Shown here piece by piece: positions 32,523-42,737 of a stretch of 64,000 nucleotides of DNA. The stretch is taken from positions 5,847-69,846 of the forward strand of contig JAZDNP010000013.1 in assembly GCA_043799565.1 (NCBI GenBank). The letters run 5' to 3'. Below the pieces are notes generated by a model. That model was not told the DNA's origin, searched no databases, and saw nothing but the letters and a program-made list of their open reading frames with translations. The stretch comes from Candidatus Brennerbacteria bacterium. Lineage in GTDB: Bacteria; Patescibacteriota; Minisyncoccia; UBA6257; GWB1-50-10. The translations under genes were made by a program, and so were the position numbers. The stretch's first letter is position 1. Each line of letters opens with the position of its first letter.

Positions 32523-35008
32523 AGAATACAAACTGCGTTTTATTGATAGACTCGCATGCGCTCATCCATCGCGCGTTCCACGCACTTCCGCCGCTTACCG
32601 GACCGAGCGGCGAACCGACGGGAGCGCTCTACGGCCTTGCGCGCATTCTTCTCAAGGTGGTGGGGCGGGGAGAGTTTACGCATATTTTTGCTGCATTCGA
32701 CCGTCCAGAACCGACCCACCGCAAGGATGCGTTCGCTGATTACAAAGCTCACCGCCCCAAAGCCGCCGACGAGCTCGTAACCCAATTGATTGAAGCTAGA
32801 GAACTCTTCCGTACATTCGGCATTCCCGTGGTGGAAGTTCCGAAGATGGAGGCGGACGATATCATCGGCACGCTTGCAACACGCTTTGCGAAAGAAGGCA
32901 ACCACGTGAAAATCCTCACAGGCGACCTTGATGCGCTGCAGCTCGTAAAAGACCCAGTAATCGCGGTAGAAACCTTTAAAAAGGGGGTATCGGAAACCTT
33001 TATCTATGATGAAGCGGCGGTGCGGGAACGCTACGGTTTTGGCCCCGAACACGTTACCGACCTTAAAGGAATCATGGGGGATGCCTCCGACAACATTAAA
33101 GGCGTCCCGGGAGTCGGCGAAGGAAGCGCGTTGAAACTCGTAAGCACGTATGGTGGTCTGGAGGATATATATAAAGCATTGGGGAAAGAAGGAACGGAGG
33201 CGGCCGCGAAACACGCGGGCATTCAGACACGCTTCACAAAAATAATGGCCAAACACGAAAAAGAAGCGTTTTTTTCGAGAAAGCTCGCGACCATCGATAC
33301 CGCCGTTCCGATTAAAATCGCGCTCCAAGAAGGAAGGTTTACGGAAGTCCCGAAGCTCGCGGTCACGGCATATTTTTCTCGCATGGGGTTTGAAAGCCTT
33401 GTAAAAAGTTTTGCTGACGAAGCTATGCACCAACCAACAGCACCTGATACGGACGGAGTAGAAAATCCTGCTTTCCCTCCCGGCACGGTATTCGTAAAAA
33501 ACGCGGAAGATGCGAAAAAACACATTAAGCTTCTCTCCCAAGAAGAGGAGAAGGTCGCGTACGGATGGAAGGAAATATTGAAGGCGCTCAGGAACGATTC
33601 AATAAAGATACGCGGCCCCCTTTTTGACCTCTCCGTTGCGGGCTGGATGTTGGAGCCCGAAGGAACGGACTTTTCCCGCGAAGCGCTCATACCACGCTTC
33701 CTTCGGTCCGATGAGCCATCCGATGCCGCGCTTTACCGCCTCCTCAAGAAAAAACTTTCCACGTATGGGCTTGCGTACGTGTTTGAGGAAATTGAGATGC
33801 CGCTCGTGCCAATTCTTGCGGAAATGGAACGTACGGGAATCTCCGTAAACGAGAAAAGGCTGCAGGAACTCGGCCGCACCATGCGCACGGAATTAAAAGA
33901 TTTGGAACAGCGCATCTACCGGGAAGCGGGGGGTCCTTTCAATGTGAACTCTCCCCGTCAGGTTGCCGAAGTGCTTTTTGAGCGTCTTAAACTAGGAACC
34001 GAGAAAAAACGAAGAACACGCACCGGTCAGCGTCGCACCGGAAAGGATATCCTTTTGGAACTCGGGAACGCCCACCCTCTCATACCGCTCCTTTTGGAAT
34101 ATCGAGAGACGTTCAAAATATTTTCAAGTTTTGTGGAGCCGCTCTCCGCGGCGAGAGCAGACGACGGGAGGGTTCATACTACCTTTCTCCAAACCGGCAC
34201 CGCGACCGGCCGGCTCTCCTCGGAACGCCCCAACCTCCAAAATATTCCCCAAGGATCAAAGTGGGCCACTTCGCTCCGAAGTTCGTTCATAGCACCAAAA
34301 GACCACATATTTGCTTCATTTGATTATTCCCAACTCGAACTTCGACTCCTTGCGCACACATCGGGCGATGAGGCCTTGAGGCGCGCCTTCAAAGAAGGGC
34401 AGGACATTCACCGACTGACTGCCGCCAAGGTTTTTTCCGTCCCACCTTCCGATGTCACTCCCTCCATGCGCCGCACCGCAAAAACGCTCAATTTCGGCAT
34501 CGTGTACGGCATGGGAGCGCGCGCATTTGCAGCATCAAGCGGCCTTCCTCTTTCCGAGGCAAAACGTTTTATGGAGGAATACTTCCGCCAATTCCCCGGC
34601 GTGAGAAAATGGCAAGAGCGTGTAAAGGAGGAGGCGAAGACGCAAGGGTACGTGACAAATGAAAACGGGCGACGAAGATGGTTCTCCGCCGCGGGAAAAC
34701 GCGGATATATGGGAGAAGTGGAACGCGCCGCCATTAATATGCCTCTCCAATCGTTCGGCGCTGACATCATTAAGCTTGCGATGATACAAGCCTCAATTCT
34801 TACCTCCTCTCCCGGATACCACGATGCACGTATGGTGCTCTCCATCCACGACGAATTGCTCTTCGAAATGCCGCGCGGTATGCTAAACACGCTCGGCCCC
34901 ATCATTCGTGAACATATGGAGTCGGTCGCAAAGCTTTCCATACCGCTCCGCGTGGATATACAGACAGGACTCGATTGGGGAACGATGGAATCTTGGCGGC
35001 AAAAATAA
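32519..35008 (+). CDS. polA: DNA polymerase I
   Basis: 5' nuclease N-terminus (LIDSHALIHRAFHAL), motif A DYSQLELRLLAH, motif B RRTAKTLNFGIVYG, motif C HDELLFE. Confidence 0.9.
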   Translation: MKNTNCVLLIDSHALIHRAFHALPPLTGPSGEPTGALYGLARILLKVVGRGEFTHIFAAFDRPEPTHRKDAFADYKAHRPKAADELVTQLIEARELFRTFGIPVVEVPKMEADDIIGTLATRFAKEGNHVKILTGDLDALQLVKDPVIAVETFKKGVSETFIYDEAAVRERYGFGPEHVTDLKGIMGDASDNIKGVPGVGEGSALKLVSTYGGLEDIYKALGKEGTEAAAKHAGIQTRFTKIMAKHEKEAFFSRKLATIDTAVPIKIALQEGRFTEVPKLAVTAYFSRMGFESLVKSFADEAMHQPTAPDTDGVENPAFPPGTVFVKNAEDAKKHIKLLSQEEEKVAYGWKEILKALRNDSIKIRGPLFDLSVAGWMLEPEGTDFSREALIPRFLRSDEPSDAALYRLLKKKLSTYGLAYVFEEIEMPLVPILAEMERTGISVNEKRLQELGRTMRTELKDLEQRIYREAGGPFNVNSPRQVAEVLFERLKLGTEKKRRTRTGQRRTGKDILLELGNAHPLIPLLLEYRETFKIFSSFVEPLSAARADDGRVHTTFLQTGTATGRLSSERPNLQNIPQGSKWATSLRSSFIAPKDHIFASFDYSQLELRLLAHTSGDEALRRAFKEGQDIHRLTAAKVFSVPPSDVTPSMRRTAKTLNFGIVYGMGARAFAASSGLPLSEAKRFMEEYFRQFPGVRKWQERVKEEAKTQGYVTNENGRRRWFSAAGKRGYMGEVERAAINMPLQSFGADIIKLAMIQASILTSSPGYHDARMVLSIHDELLFEMPRGMLNTLGPIIREHMESVAKLSIPLRVDIQTGLDWGTMESWRQK

Positions 35009-35013
35009 AAACT

Positions 35014-36165
35014 ATGTGGGAAAAAATACATTCACTATTCCGCTCGTTCCGGTCTTTAAAAAATGAGCGCGCGGAAACCGGAACACTTTTCCAAACTCCC
35101 ATTGAGGAGGTCCTTTCGGGCTTCCCCGACGCAGCGATGCTTTACGATGCAAATTTCAGCATTCTTTCGTTCAACGGCGCGGCGGAAAAACTTTTTGGCG
35201 TCAGCCGTGAAGAGGTGCGGGGCGTTCACATTGACCCGGGGTGGGTAGAGCGTCCTCACTATCGCCTCCTCGCGCAAATTCTCTTTCCTTCACTCGCTCC
35301 CGCAAGCGTGGAACGCTCCGAAACGGGCACGTGGCCGCAGATTGTGGCACTCACTTTTGAAGATCCGCATCGAGAGCTTATTGCGCACACCATCCGCATC
35401 GCCGACTCGTCGGGAAATCCGACTGCATTCGTGAAGCTCGTTCGCGATGAAACCCGCTCAAAAGAGGTTCTTTCCACACGGAATGAGTTCGTCGGCATTG
35501 CCGCGCACCAACTTCGCACTCCACTCACCGCACTAAAATGGTCCCTGGAGAGTATTGGGGGGGCAGCGGAGAAAAACGAAGGAACGGGAACGCTGGTGAA
35601 GGATTCTCTTTCGCTCGTCGATAGATGCCTTAAGATCGTCAATGATTTTCTTGATGCCGCAAAAATTGAAGAGGGAAAGTTTGGATTTGAATATGAAGAA
35701 ACCGACCTCGTGAACCTCCTTGAGACTCTCATCGGCATTATTACGCCCATCGCGAAGCAGTACGGGGTCTCCGTCTATTTCGACCACGAAGGACTTGCGA
35801 CTCTCCCCCTTTCCCTTGACCCCTCCCGCCTCGGTACCGCGTTCTTGAACCTCCTTGATAACGCCGTTCGCTATAACGTGAAAGGAGGAAAAGTGACCGT
35901 AGGGATCAAAAAAGGAGCGGAATCAGTAAGGATATCAGTTTCGGATACCGGCATCGGCATCCCCAAAGGAGAAGAACGGAAATTGTTCCAAAAATTGGAG
36001 CGCGGGACGAACGCCATCCAAGTTGAGCCGAACGGAAGTGGTCTCGGACTCTACATTGCGAAGAATATTGTGGAGGGCCACGGGGGTACGATAGAGGTGG
36101 CCTCCGAGGCGGAACGCGGTACCACATTTGTGGTGACGCTCCCTCTCCGAAAAAAGAACGCCTGA
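35014..36165 (+). CDS. sensor histidine kinase (PAS + HisKA + HATPase_c), no adjacent response regulator
   Basis: H-box AAHQLRTPL, N-box LLDNAVRYN, G-boxes DTGIGIP and GSGLGLYIAK. Confidence 0.75.
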   Translation: MWEKIHSLFRSFRSLKNERAETGTLFQTPIEEVLSGFPDAAMLYDANFSILSFNGAAEKLFGVSREEVRGVHIDPGWVERPHYRLLAQILFPSLAPASVERSETGTWPQIVALTFEDPHRELIAHTIRIADSSGNPTAFVKLVRDETRSKEVLSTRNEFVGIAAHQLRTPLTALKWSLESIGGAAEKNEGTGTLVKDSLSLVDRCLKIVNDFLDAAKIEEGKFGFEYEETDLVNLLETLIGIITPIAKQYGVSVYFDHEGLATLPLSLDPSRLGTAFLNLLDNAVRYNVKGGKVTVGIKKGAESVRISVSDTGIGIPKGEERKLFQKLERGTNAIQVEPNGSGLGLYIAKNIVEGHGGTIEVASEAERGTTFVVTLPLRKKNA

Positions 36166-36174
36166 ACAACCTCA

Positions 36175-36648
36175 ATGAGAATCGTCGGCATTGATCCGGG
36201 GTATGCACGCATCGGATACGCGCTCATTACCGCAAACGGAAACGCGCTTCGTTGTGAAACTATGGGAACGTGGGAGATTCCACCCGCCGCGTCACCTAAG
36301 CGCCTCGCCGAACTCGAATCGGCTCTTTCAGCGTTCCTAAAAGACGCGCATGCAGACCGCATCGGTATAGAGCGCCTCTTCTTTTCCGCGAACAAGCGCA
36401 CCGCGATGGCAGTATCCGAAGCGCGGGGGGTCATCCTTCTCGCGGCGGGAAAGATGGGAGTACCCATCATTGAACTTACCCCCAATGAAGTGAAGCGCGC
36501 CGTTACGGGCGACGGCACCGCTCCCAAGCCCGCAGTCGCGAAAATGGCGAGATGGATACTTCAACTTACCGATACGAAAGGTTTGGACGACACGACCGAC
36601 GCGCTTGCAATAGCCATCGCCACCGCAAAGCCGAATTTGAAGTATTGA
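36175..36648 (+). CDS. ruvC: crossover junction endodeoxyribonuclease RuvC
   Basis: MRIVGIDPGYARIGYAL...; 157 aa with an RNase H-like fold signature. Confidence 0.85.
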   Translation: MRIVGIDPGYARIGYALITANGNALRCETMGTWEIPPAASPKRLAELESALSAFLKDAHADRIGIERLFFSANKRTAMAVSEARGVILLAAGKMGVPIIELTPNEVKRAVTGDGTAPKPAVAKMARWILQLTDTKGLDDTTDALAIAIATAKPNLKY

Positions 36649-36987
36649 CACGCGTTCATCTCTGGCTATACTAGTCACGCATTTATAAAAAGGTCGCTTA
36701 TCATGCTTCTTTTCACATGACCGACACATTGCTCCGCATGACCTACCTCGGCGACGGCATTTCCACCGACGAGGAGGGGACAGAAGACGAAACTGAAAAG
36801 GACGGGGAAGGTCCGTTCTCTCCCCTTCCTGTAGAGGAGGAAATCCCGGAAGTAAAAGACCCCTTAGAAAGTCCCGACGAAGTATAATGGCGGGAGCATT
36901 CCCACGTGCGGCTTTGTGCCTCCGCGAAAGCGCGGAGGCTTTCTGTTTGTTTCTTTCAAGCAGAAAAATCGTTACTATTGAGAAGAC

Positions 36988-39519
36988 ATGATGGGAATCT
37001 TCCAAAAAGCACAAAAGCGGCGCAAGAAGGTTTCGTGGTTGGTTTTTTGGGGATCTTCACTCCTTCTCGCGATGGCAGTAGGCAGTGTGGTATGGGCATT
37101 TTTCACGGTTCAATCCCTCCCCTCGCCCGACAATTTCCGCGAACGCCAAATTAGCCAGTCCACCAAGCTTTACGACCGGACTGGTGAGCACCTTCTCTAT
37201 GAAATCCACGGCAACGAGAAACGCACGGTAATCGCTTTTGAAGAGGTTCCTCTTCACGTTAAAAATGCCACGCTCGCCGCAGAAGATGCGGAATTCTACC
37301 ACCAACCCGCGTTCGACTGGCGCGGTATTCTCCGTGCTTTTATTGCCAACATCCAGGAGGGTCGCACCGTACAGGGCGGCTCGACTATTACCCAGCAGCT
37401 TGCGAAGAACGCGTTTCTCACGTCCGAAAAAACTTACATCCGAAAGATTAAAGAACTTATCCTCGCGCTGGAGTTTGAGGATCAATATTCCAAGGATGAG
37501 ATTTTCGGATTTTATCTGAACCAGATCCCTTACGGCTCCAACGCCTACGGGGTTGAAGCGGCAAGTCAAACCTACTTCGGTAAATCGGTGCGCGCTCTCT
37601 CGCTCGCGGAAGCAGCCACGCTTGCGGCGCTTCTCAAAGCTCCTTCGTATTATTCTCCCTGGGGTTCGCATATCGCCGACCTCATGGCGCGCAAGGACTA
37701 CGTACTGGACCGCATGGCCGAGCTCGGGTTAGTCTCCATGAAAGAGCGCGATGAAACGAAAAAGGTGACGCTCGTATTCGCGCCTCCTTCGCTCGGCACC
37801 ATCGCCGCCCCCCATTTCGCGCTCGCAGTGAAGGAATACCTCGTGGGCCGTTATGGGGAGCAAGTTATTGAGGGTGGGGGACTTAAAGTTATCACCACTC
37901 TTGACGTCGAGCTCCAAAACCTCGCGGAGATCGCGGTAAAAGACGGCTCCGCAAGAAACGTGGAGCTTTATGGAAGCGCAAACGCGTCATTGGTCGCGCA
38001 AGACCCAAAAACTGGCCAGGTACTTGCCGTCGCCGGCTCCAAAGACTACTTTTCACCGCCAGAACCGGAAGGGTGCGCTCCGGGTTCTATCGGCGAAACG
38101 AGCTGCCAATTTGAGGGGAACTTCAATGTCGCGACTCAAGGTCTCCGCCAACCAGGCTCCGCGTTGAAGCCTTTCGTCTACCTTACCGCGTTCGAAAAGG
38201 GATACACGCCGGACACCATACTCTTTGACGTTTCTACGGAATTTGATGTTCGCGATGATCCAGAAACGAGCTATCGGCCCGTAAACTTCGACGGCGCCAC
38301 AAGGGGTCCCGTAAAGATGCAGGACGCGCTCGCGCAATCACTCAACATCCCCGCGGTAAAAACATTGTACCTTGCGGGCTTTGACGATGTTTTAAAAAAA
38401 TTGCACGCGTACGGCATCACTACACTTCAGGAACGTTGGCGCTACGGGCTTTCCCTCACGTTGGGCGGCGGTGAAGTAAAACTTATCGACCTCGTGAATG
38501 CTTACGCTACCCTTTCACAAAGCGGGGTTCGCCACGAACAAGCTCTCGTGCTCCGCGTGGAAGATTCGTCGGGGCGGGTAATCGAAGAATATCACGACAC
38601 CACCAAGCGGGTGGACGATGGGAGCGCCGCAAACCTTATCACGCGTATTCTCTCCGACTCTGACCTCCGCTATCCTATTTTCCGAAGCTCGAATGCTCTC
38701 ACCGTATTCCCCGACTACGAGGTTGCGCTTAAAACCGGCACCAGCGAGGACCATCGCGACGCGTGGACGGTTGGATACACTCCATTTCTTACCGTAGGCG
38801 TCTGGGCAGGAAACAACAACAACCAGGCAATGATACGCCAAGGTTCCAGCATTCTCGCTGCAGTCCCAGTATGGAATGCGTTTATGAAAGAGGCCCTCTT
38901 AAAATACCCTCCCGAACCTTTTACGCGCCCCGCACCGCTCTCTACCCCTTCCAAACCAATGCTTGATGGGAAGTGGAACGTGGTTGCCTCCGGACCGGGC
39001 GGCTCCTTCCCACAGATACACTCGATTCTCTACTACGTGGACCGAAAAAATCCGTTAGGGCCTATCCCGGAGAATCCCGGGAACGATTCACAATTCAAGA
39101 ACTGGGAAGAGTCCGTCATCTCATGGGCAAGTGTCAACATGCCAAATTTCTCCCTATATAACGCCCCACTCCCGGAGGGTGCGGCATTCTCCGGGTCTTC
39201 TTCTCAGATCGCCCCTACCAGAACAACACAACAGGGAGAGTTGTCGGTGGAAAGCTTAACCCCCGCAAATGGCACGTTTTTGGATGGCCCCCTTTCGGTT
39301 GGTGCGACCATACGCGCACGAGACGAAGACCTCTCAAAAGTGGAGCTGTATTTCAATAGGCGCCTGATCCACTCGGTTAATGTGTGGGGAAATACATATC
39401 ACTATCAGTACACCATTCCAATACCGCTCGAACTCCAAAATTCCGTGGAAGTTCGCGCATATACGAGAAGCGGTGTGAGCGCTTCTCGAACCAATGTCTT
39501 CTTCAAATCTGGAGAGTAG
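36988..39519 (+). CDS. class A penicillin-binding protein (glycosyltransferase + transpeptidase)
   Basis: GT51 motifs EDAEFYHQ and GGSTITQQLAKN; transpeptidase GSALKP (SxxK), SxN and KTG. Confidence 0.85.
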   Translation: MMGIFQKAQKRRKKVSWLVFWGSSLLLAMAVGSVVWAFFTVQSLPSPDNFRERQISQSTKLYDRTGEHLLYEIHGNEKRTVIAFEEVPLHVKNATLAAEDAEFYHQPAFDWRGILRAFIANIQEGRTVQGGSTITQQLAKNAFLTSEKTYIRKIKELILALEFEDQYSKDEIFGFYLNQIPYGSNAYGVEAASQTYFGKSVRALSLAEAATLAALLKAPSYYSPWGSHIADLMARKDYVLDRMAELGLVSMKERDETKKVTLVFAPPSLGTIAAPHFALAVKEYLVGRYGEQVIEGGGLKVITTLDVELQNLAEIAVKDGSARNVELYGSANASLVAQDPKTGQVLAVAGSKDYFSPPEPEGCAPGSIGETSCQFEGNFNVATQGLRQPGSALKPFVYLTAFEKGYTPDTILFDVSTEFDVRDDPETSYRPVNFDGATRGPVKMQDALAQSLNIPAVKTLYLAGFDDVLKKLHAYGITTLQERWRYGLSLTLGGGEVKLIDLVNAYATLSQSGVRHEQALVLRVEDSSGRVIEEYHDTTKRVDDGSAANLITRILSDSDLRYPIFRSSNALTVFPDYEVALKTGTSEDHRDAWTVGYTPFLTVGVWAGNNNNQAMIRQGSSILAAVPVWNAFMKEALLKYPPEPFTRPAPLSTPSKPMLDGKWNVVASGPGGSFPQIHSILYYVDRKNPLGPIPENPGNDSQFKNWEESVISWASVNMPNFSLYNAPLPEGAAFSGSSSQIAPTRTTQQGELSVESLTPANGTFLDGPLSVGATIRARDEDLSKVELYFNRRLIHSVNVWGNTYHYQYTIPIPLELQNSVEVRAYTRSGVSASRTNVFFKSGE

Positions 39520-40629
39520 CTATTCTTTAATGGGCATCACCACGTAGGTAAGGTGGGTGGCGCTTGGATCTTTTATCACCACCGGACGATCGGATGTGTT
39601 TACACCCAACACCACATTCGCACCGTTATAAATTTTCAATCCGTCAAAAAGGTAGCGCCAGTTGAATGCGGCGGAAAACTTTTCTCCTTTCATCTTCAAG
39701 GGAATATGATATTTATTCTCTCCGAGCGTTGCATCACTTGAGGAAAGCTCTAAAGATTTTTTATTTTCCGAAACGGTAAGTGTAATGTCGTTTGCGCGTC
39801 CGGAAAATGAACTGGTCAGTTTGATTGCTTGCATAAGCTCTTCGCGGCCGATGGTTGCCTCATTCTTTACTTCCTTCGGAATGATCGCGTGATACTCGGG
39901 AAATCTCCCATCAACGAGGCGCGAGATGATACGCGTCGTGGCAGTTTTGAAAAGCACCTGGTTCACGTCCACCGTAACTTCCACCAAGGCGTCTTTCCCT
40001 TTTCCTTGAACAATGCGGAGAACTTCTTCGGTTGTTTTAAGAGGCACGATGGCATCCATTCCGTGCACCGCAAGCTCCTTACTCACTAAAACATATTCGG
40101 ATAGACGGAAACTGTCTGTCGCAACGAACGTAACGCCGTTTTCGTGAAACCGGAAAAGAACTCCGCTTATTTCAGGGCGAATATCGGTGTACTGGGTCGC
40201 CACTACTACGCTTTCCAGTGCATCCGCAAGCACGCTCGCGTTGAACACTGCCGTTTTCGCACTCTCAGCCACAGAGGGAATGAGGGGGTATTCTTTCGGA
40301 TCCTGCGCTTGAATTTGCGCCTCGTAATTGTCGGTGGTCAGAATAAGCTTTCTCCCGCTTCGCTCCAGGGTTATCCGTTCTGCCCCTACATTTTTCACGA
40401 TGGTGTTCAGGATGCCGAACGGGCATGTCACCTCTCCGGTCTCAAGAACCTTGCCTGAAACTTCGTGCGTAATTGCAAGCTCAAGATTGGTCGCGGTAAG
40501 CGTTACATTCCCTTCACGCGCTGAGATGAGCATATTTTTTAAGATAGGGAGGTTTACGCTTCCTCCCACTGCGCGCTCTACCGCAGCAAGTCCGGAAAGA
40601 AGGTTGTCTCTGAGTACTACTATTTTCAT
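39520..40629 (-). CDS. dnaN: DNA polymerase III beta sliding clamp
   Basis: 369 aa with a three-domain clamp signature, MKIVVLRDNLLSGL... Confidence 0.85.
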   Translation of the reverse strand: MKIVVLRDNLLSGLAAVERAVGGSVNLPILKNMLISAREGNVTLTATNLELAITHEVSGKVLETGEVTCPFGILNTIVKNVGAERITLERSGRKLILTTDNYEAQIQAQDPKEYPLIPSVAESAKTAVFNASVLADALESVVVATQYTDIRPEISGVLFRFHENGVTFVATDSFRLSEYVLVSKELAVHGMDAIVPLKTTEEVLRIVQGKGKDALVEVTVDVNQVLFKTATTRIISRLVDGRFPEYHAIIPKEVKNEATIGREELMQAIKLTSSFSGRANDITLTVSENKKSLELSSSDATLGENKYHIPLKMKGEKFSAAFNWRYLFDGLKIYNGANVVLGVNTSDRPVVIKDPSATHLTYVVMPIKE

Positions 40630-40779
40630 ATTAATAAGAAGAGTAGGAGAAGAAGTAGAGGATGTGGATATGTGGAAAGCTCCTTAATTCGTTTACCTTA
40701 CTTGGGTTTTCTTTAGTGATGATACTGGATAAAAGGGGGAAGAAAAATATTTTGCGGGGATAACTTCCGAAAAGTTTGT
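40630..40779. promoter_or_regulatory. candidate oriC DnaA-box cluster (dnaA-dnaN intergenic)
   Basis: Several DnaA-box-like 9-mers (TGTGGATAT, TGTGGAAAG, GGATAAAAG, GTTATCCCC) in 150 bp between dnaA and dnaN. Confidence 0.3.
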
Positions 40780-42167
40780 TTACTTGTACACACGTTCCTT
40801 AATAAGCATTATCTTTTGATTCAACGCGGGGTTCTGATTAATCTCACGATTTATTTTCTCATATGCATGAATTGCTGTCGTGTGGTCCCTTTTCCCCAGC
40901 TTCTCCCCAATGTGAGGGTAAGAAAGTTTTAATACATCACGGAGAAGAAACATGGCAATTTGGCGTGGTTCCACCACTTCTTGTTTACGGCACCGATTGA
41001 TAAGGTCGGAAACCGGAACCTCGAAGAATTCCGCAACGGTCCTTATCACATCTGTAGCGCTCACGTTTTTTGACGTTACTTGCGTAGTTTCATTTATAAT
41101 TTCATCCAATTTTTTTGGATCCAAAATTCCTCCTCTGTGCTGATGGAGGAAAAGAACTTTATTCAGCACCCCTTCAAGCTCGCGAATGTTTTTTGAACTT
41201 TCGCCGCAATGTGGGTGAGAATTTTATCATCCAACTGAACGCCTAATTCCTGAACTTTTGCCCGTAGAATAGCGAGGCGCATCTCGTAATCCGGGTAGGT
41301 AACGTCCGCAATCATACCGCCCTCAAAGCGCGACCTGAGCCGTTCTTCAAGTGTGGGAATTGCCGCAGGGGGCCTATCGGAGGATATGATTATTTGCTTC
41401 GAGTGTTCGTAAAGGGCGTTAAATGTATAGAAAAACTCAAGTTCTGTGGTGGTTTTTCCTCCAATAAACTGGATGTCATCGATAATAAGCACGTCCACGT
41501 CCCGGTATTTTTTCTTCATATCCTCCATCCGTTTGTTGCGGACTGACCAGACTACGTCGTTGATAAATTTTTCGGAAGAAACATATAACACGCGGTTTCT
41601 TCCACCTGTGTGTTTTGCGATGGCGTTGCCGGCCGCTTGGAGGAGATGGGTTTTCCCGAGCCCCACCCCGCCGTAGAGGAACAGCGGGTTATATTTTTTC
41701 CCTACCGCACCAATGATTGCTTGAACCGCGGCATACGCGAGCTCGTTGGAAGAGCCGACAATAAAATTTTCAAACGTATAGCGCGGATTAAGGTTTGTGA
41801 CCGGATCCACTTTCAATTCAGTAATGGGAAGTTGTGACCGCTCCTCGGTCAAAGGAGTTGCGGAAGGGATTTTAGTGGTTGCCACGCGCGCGGGGACTTC
41901 GCGTGCGCCCGTCAAAACCACATAATCAACATTTCGGATGGAGCTGTCTAAATTGCGGAGCGATCCCAAAATTAGTTTGTGGTAACGATTCCTTACCCAC
42001 TCCTTGGCGAAGTTGTTGGGGAGGCCCACCAGCGCCACTCCCTCGCGCTCATTTCGTTCTACCAACTCGCTATTCTTTAACCAGGTGATAAAGTTCGGTT
42101 TGGAGATTTGGAGCTCTATCTCCCCCAAAGTCGCCTTCCAGAGTTCTTTCGGGTTCATGGTACCCAC
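40780..42167 (-). pseudogene. dnaA: chromosomal replication initiator DnaA, frameshifted at an A6 homopolymer (T-run at plus 41189-41194)
   Basis: Domains I-III sit in ORF 41163-42167 (Walker A GGVGLGKTHLL) and domain IV in ORF 40780-41169 (DHTTAIHA). Adding one A restores ...KVQKNIRELEGVLNKVL.... Confidence 0.8.
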
Positions 42168-42304
42168 ATAATACTCGCGACCTACACGTGGAGCAAGACG
42201 TTCGCGTCAATGCGAATGTGCGTGGGAGGTGCATAGTGTGTTGATAATTTTTCAAACGTATCAAACGTTGAATTTTCCGGAATTCCATAGTACCATTCCC
42301 TCAT

Positions 42305-42442
42305 ATGAGCGTTACCTACCAACCTAACCGCCGAAAGCGAAAGAAAACCCACGGGTTTCTTGTTCGCACTAAGACCTCAAGCGGACGTGCATTGCTGCGC
42401 CGGCGGAGGAGAAAGGGGCGGCGGCGCCTCTCCCCACGCTAA
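42305..42442 (+). CDS. rpmH: 50S ribosomal protein L34 (45 aa, below the ORF-track cutoff)
   Basis: [45 protein letters not shown], in the conserved rpmH-rnpA-yidC order. Confidence 0.8.
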   Translation: MSVTYQPNRRKRKKTHGFLVRTKTSSGRALLRRRRRKGRRRLSPR

Positions 42443-42443
42443 A

Positions 42444-42737
42444 ATGGTCATCCCCCCTCCGCTCCTTAGGGTGCGGAGCGCCAGCTCCGACTCGCGCGGA
42501 GCGAGGCGAGTGCCTCGCGGCAAGAAGGGAAGAATAGTGATCATCACGGTGTCGCGGAAGGCGGCACCTCTCGCGGTCACGAGGAACCGTATTCGGAGAC
42601 GGATACGGGCAGGGCTCGCGAAGGCGGGTATAACGCCGAAAAACGCGATAATGATAGTCGGGACCGCACAGGTAGCGGAGGCCCCATTTCCTAGGTTGGT
42701 AGAAGAAATAAAGAACGTCCTTCACCCTTATGAGTAA
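42444..42737 (+). CDS. rnpA: ribonuclease P protein component
   Basis: RVRSASSD..., VSRKAAPLAVTRNRIRRRIR signature. Start taken at MVIPPP, immediately after the rpmH stop. Confidence 0.75.
   Translation: MVIPPPLLRVRSASSDSRGARRVPRGKKGRIVIITVSRKAAPLAVTRNRIRRRIRAGLAKAGITPKNAIMIVGTAQVAEAPFPRLVEEIKNVLHPYE

Noticed and set aside
32540-33541. 333-aa minus-strand ORF inside polA
   Set aside because: Antisense to the polA 5'-nuclease domain; no domain signature.
36337-37014. 225-aa minus-strand ORF overlapping ruvC and the upstream region of the PBP gene
   Set aside because: Overlaps ruvC antisense; the remaining part lies in an intergenic region with no SD and no motifs.
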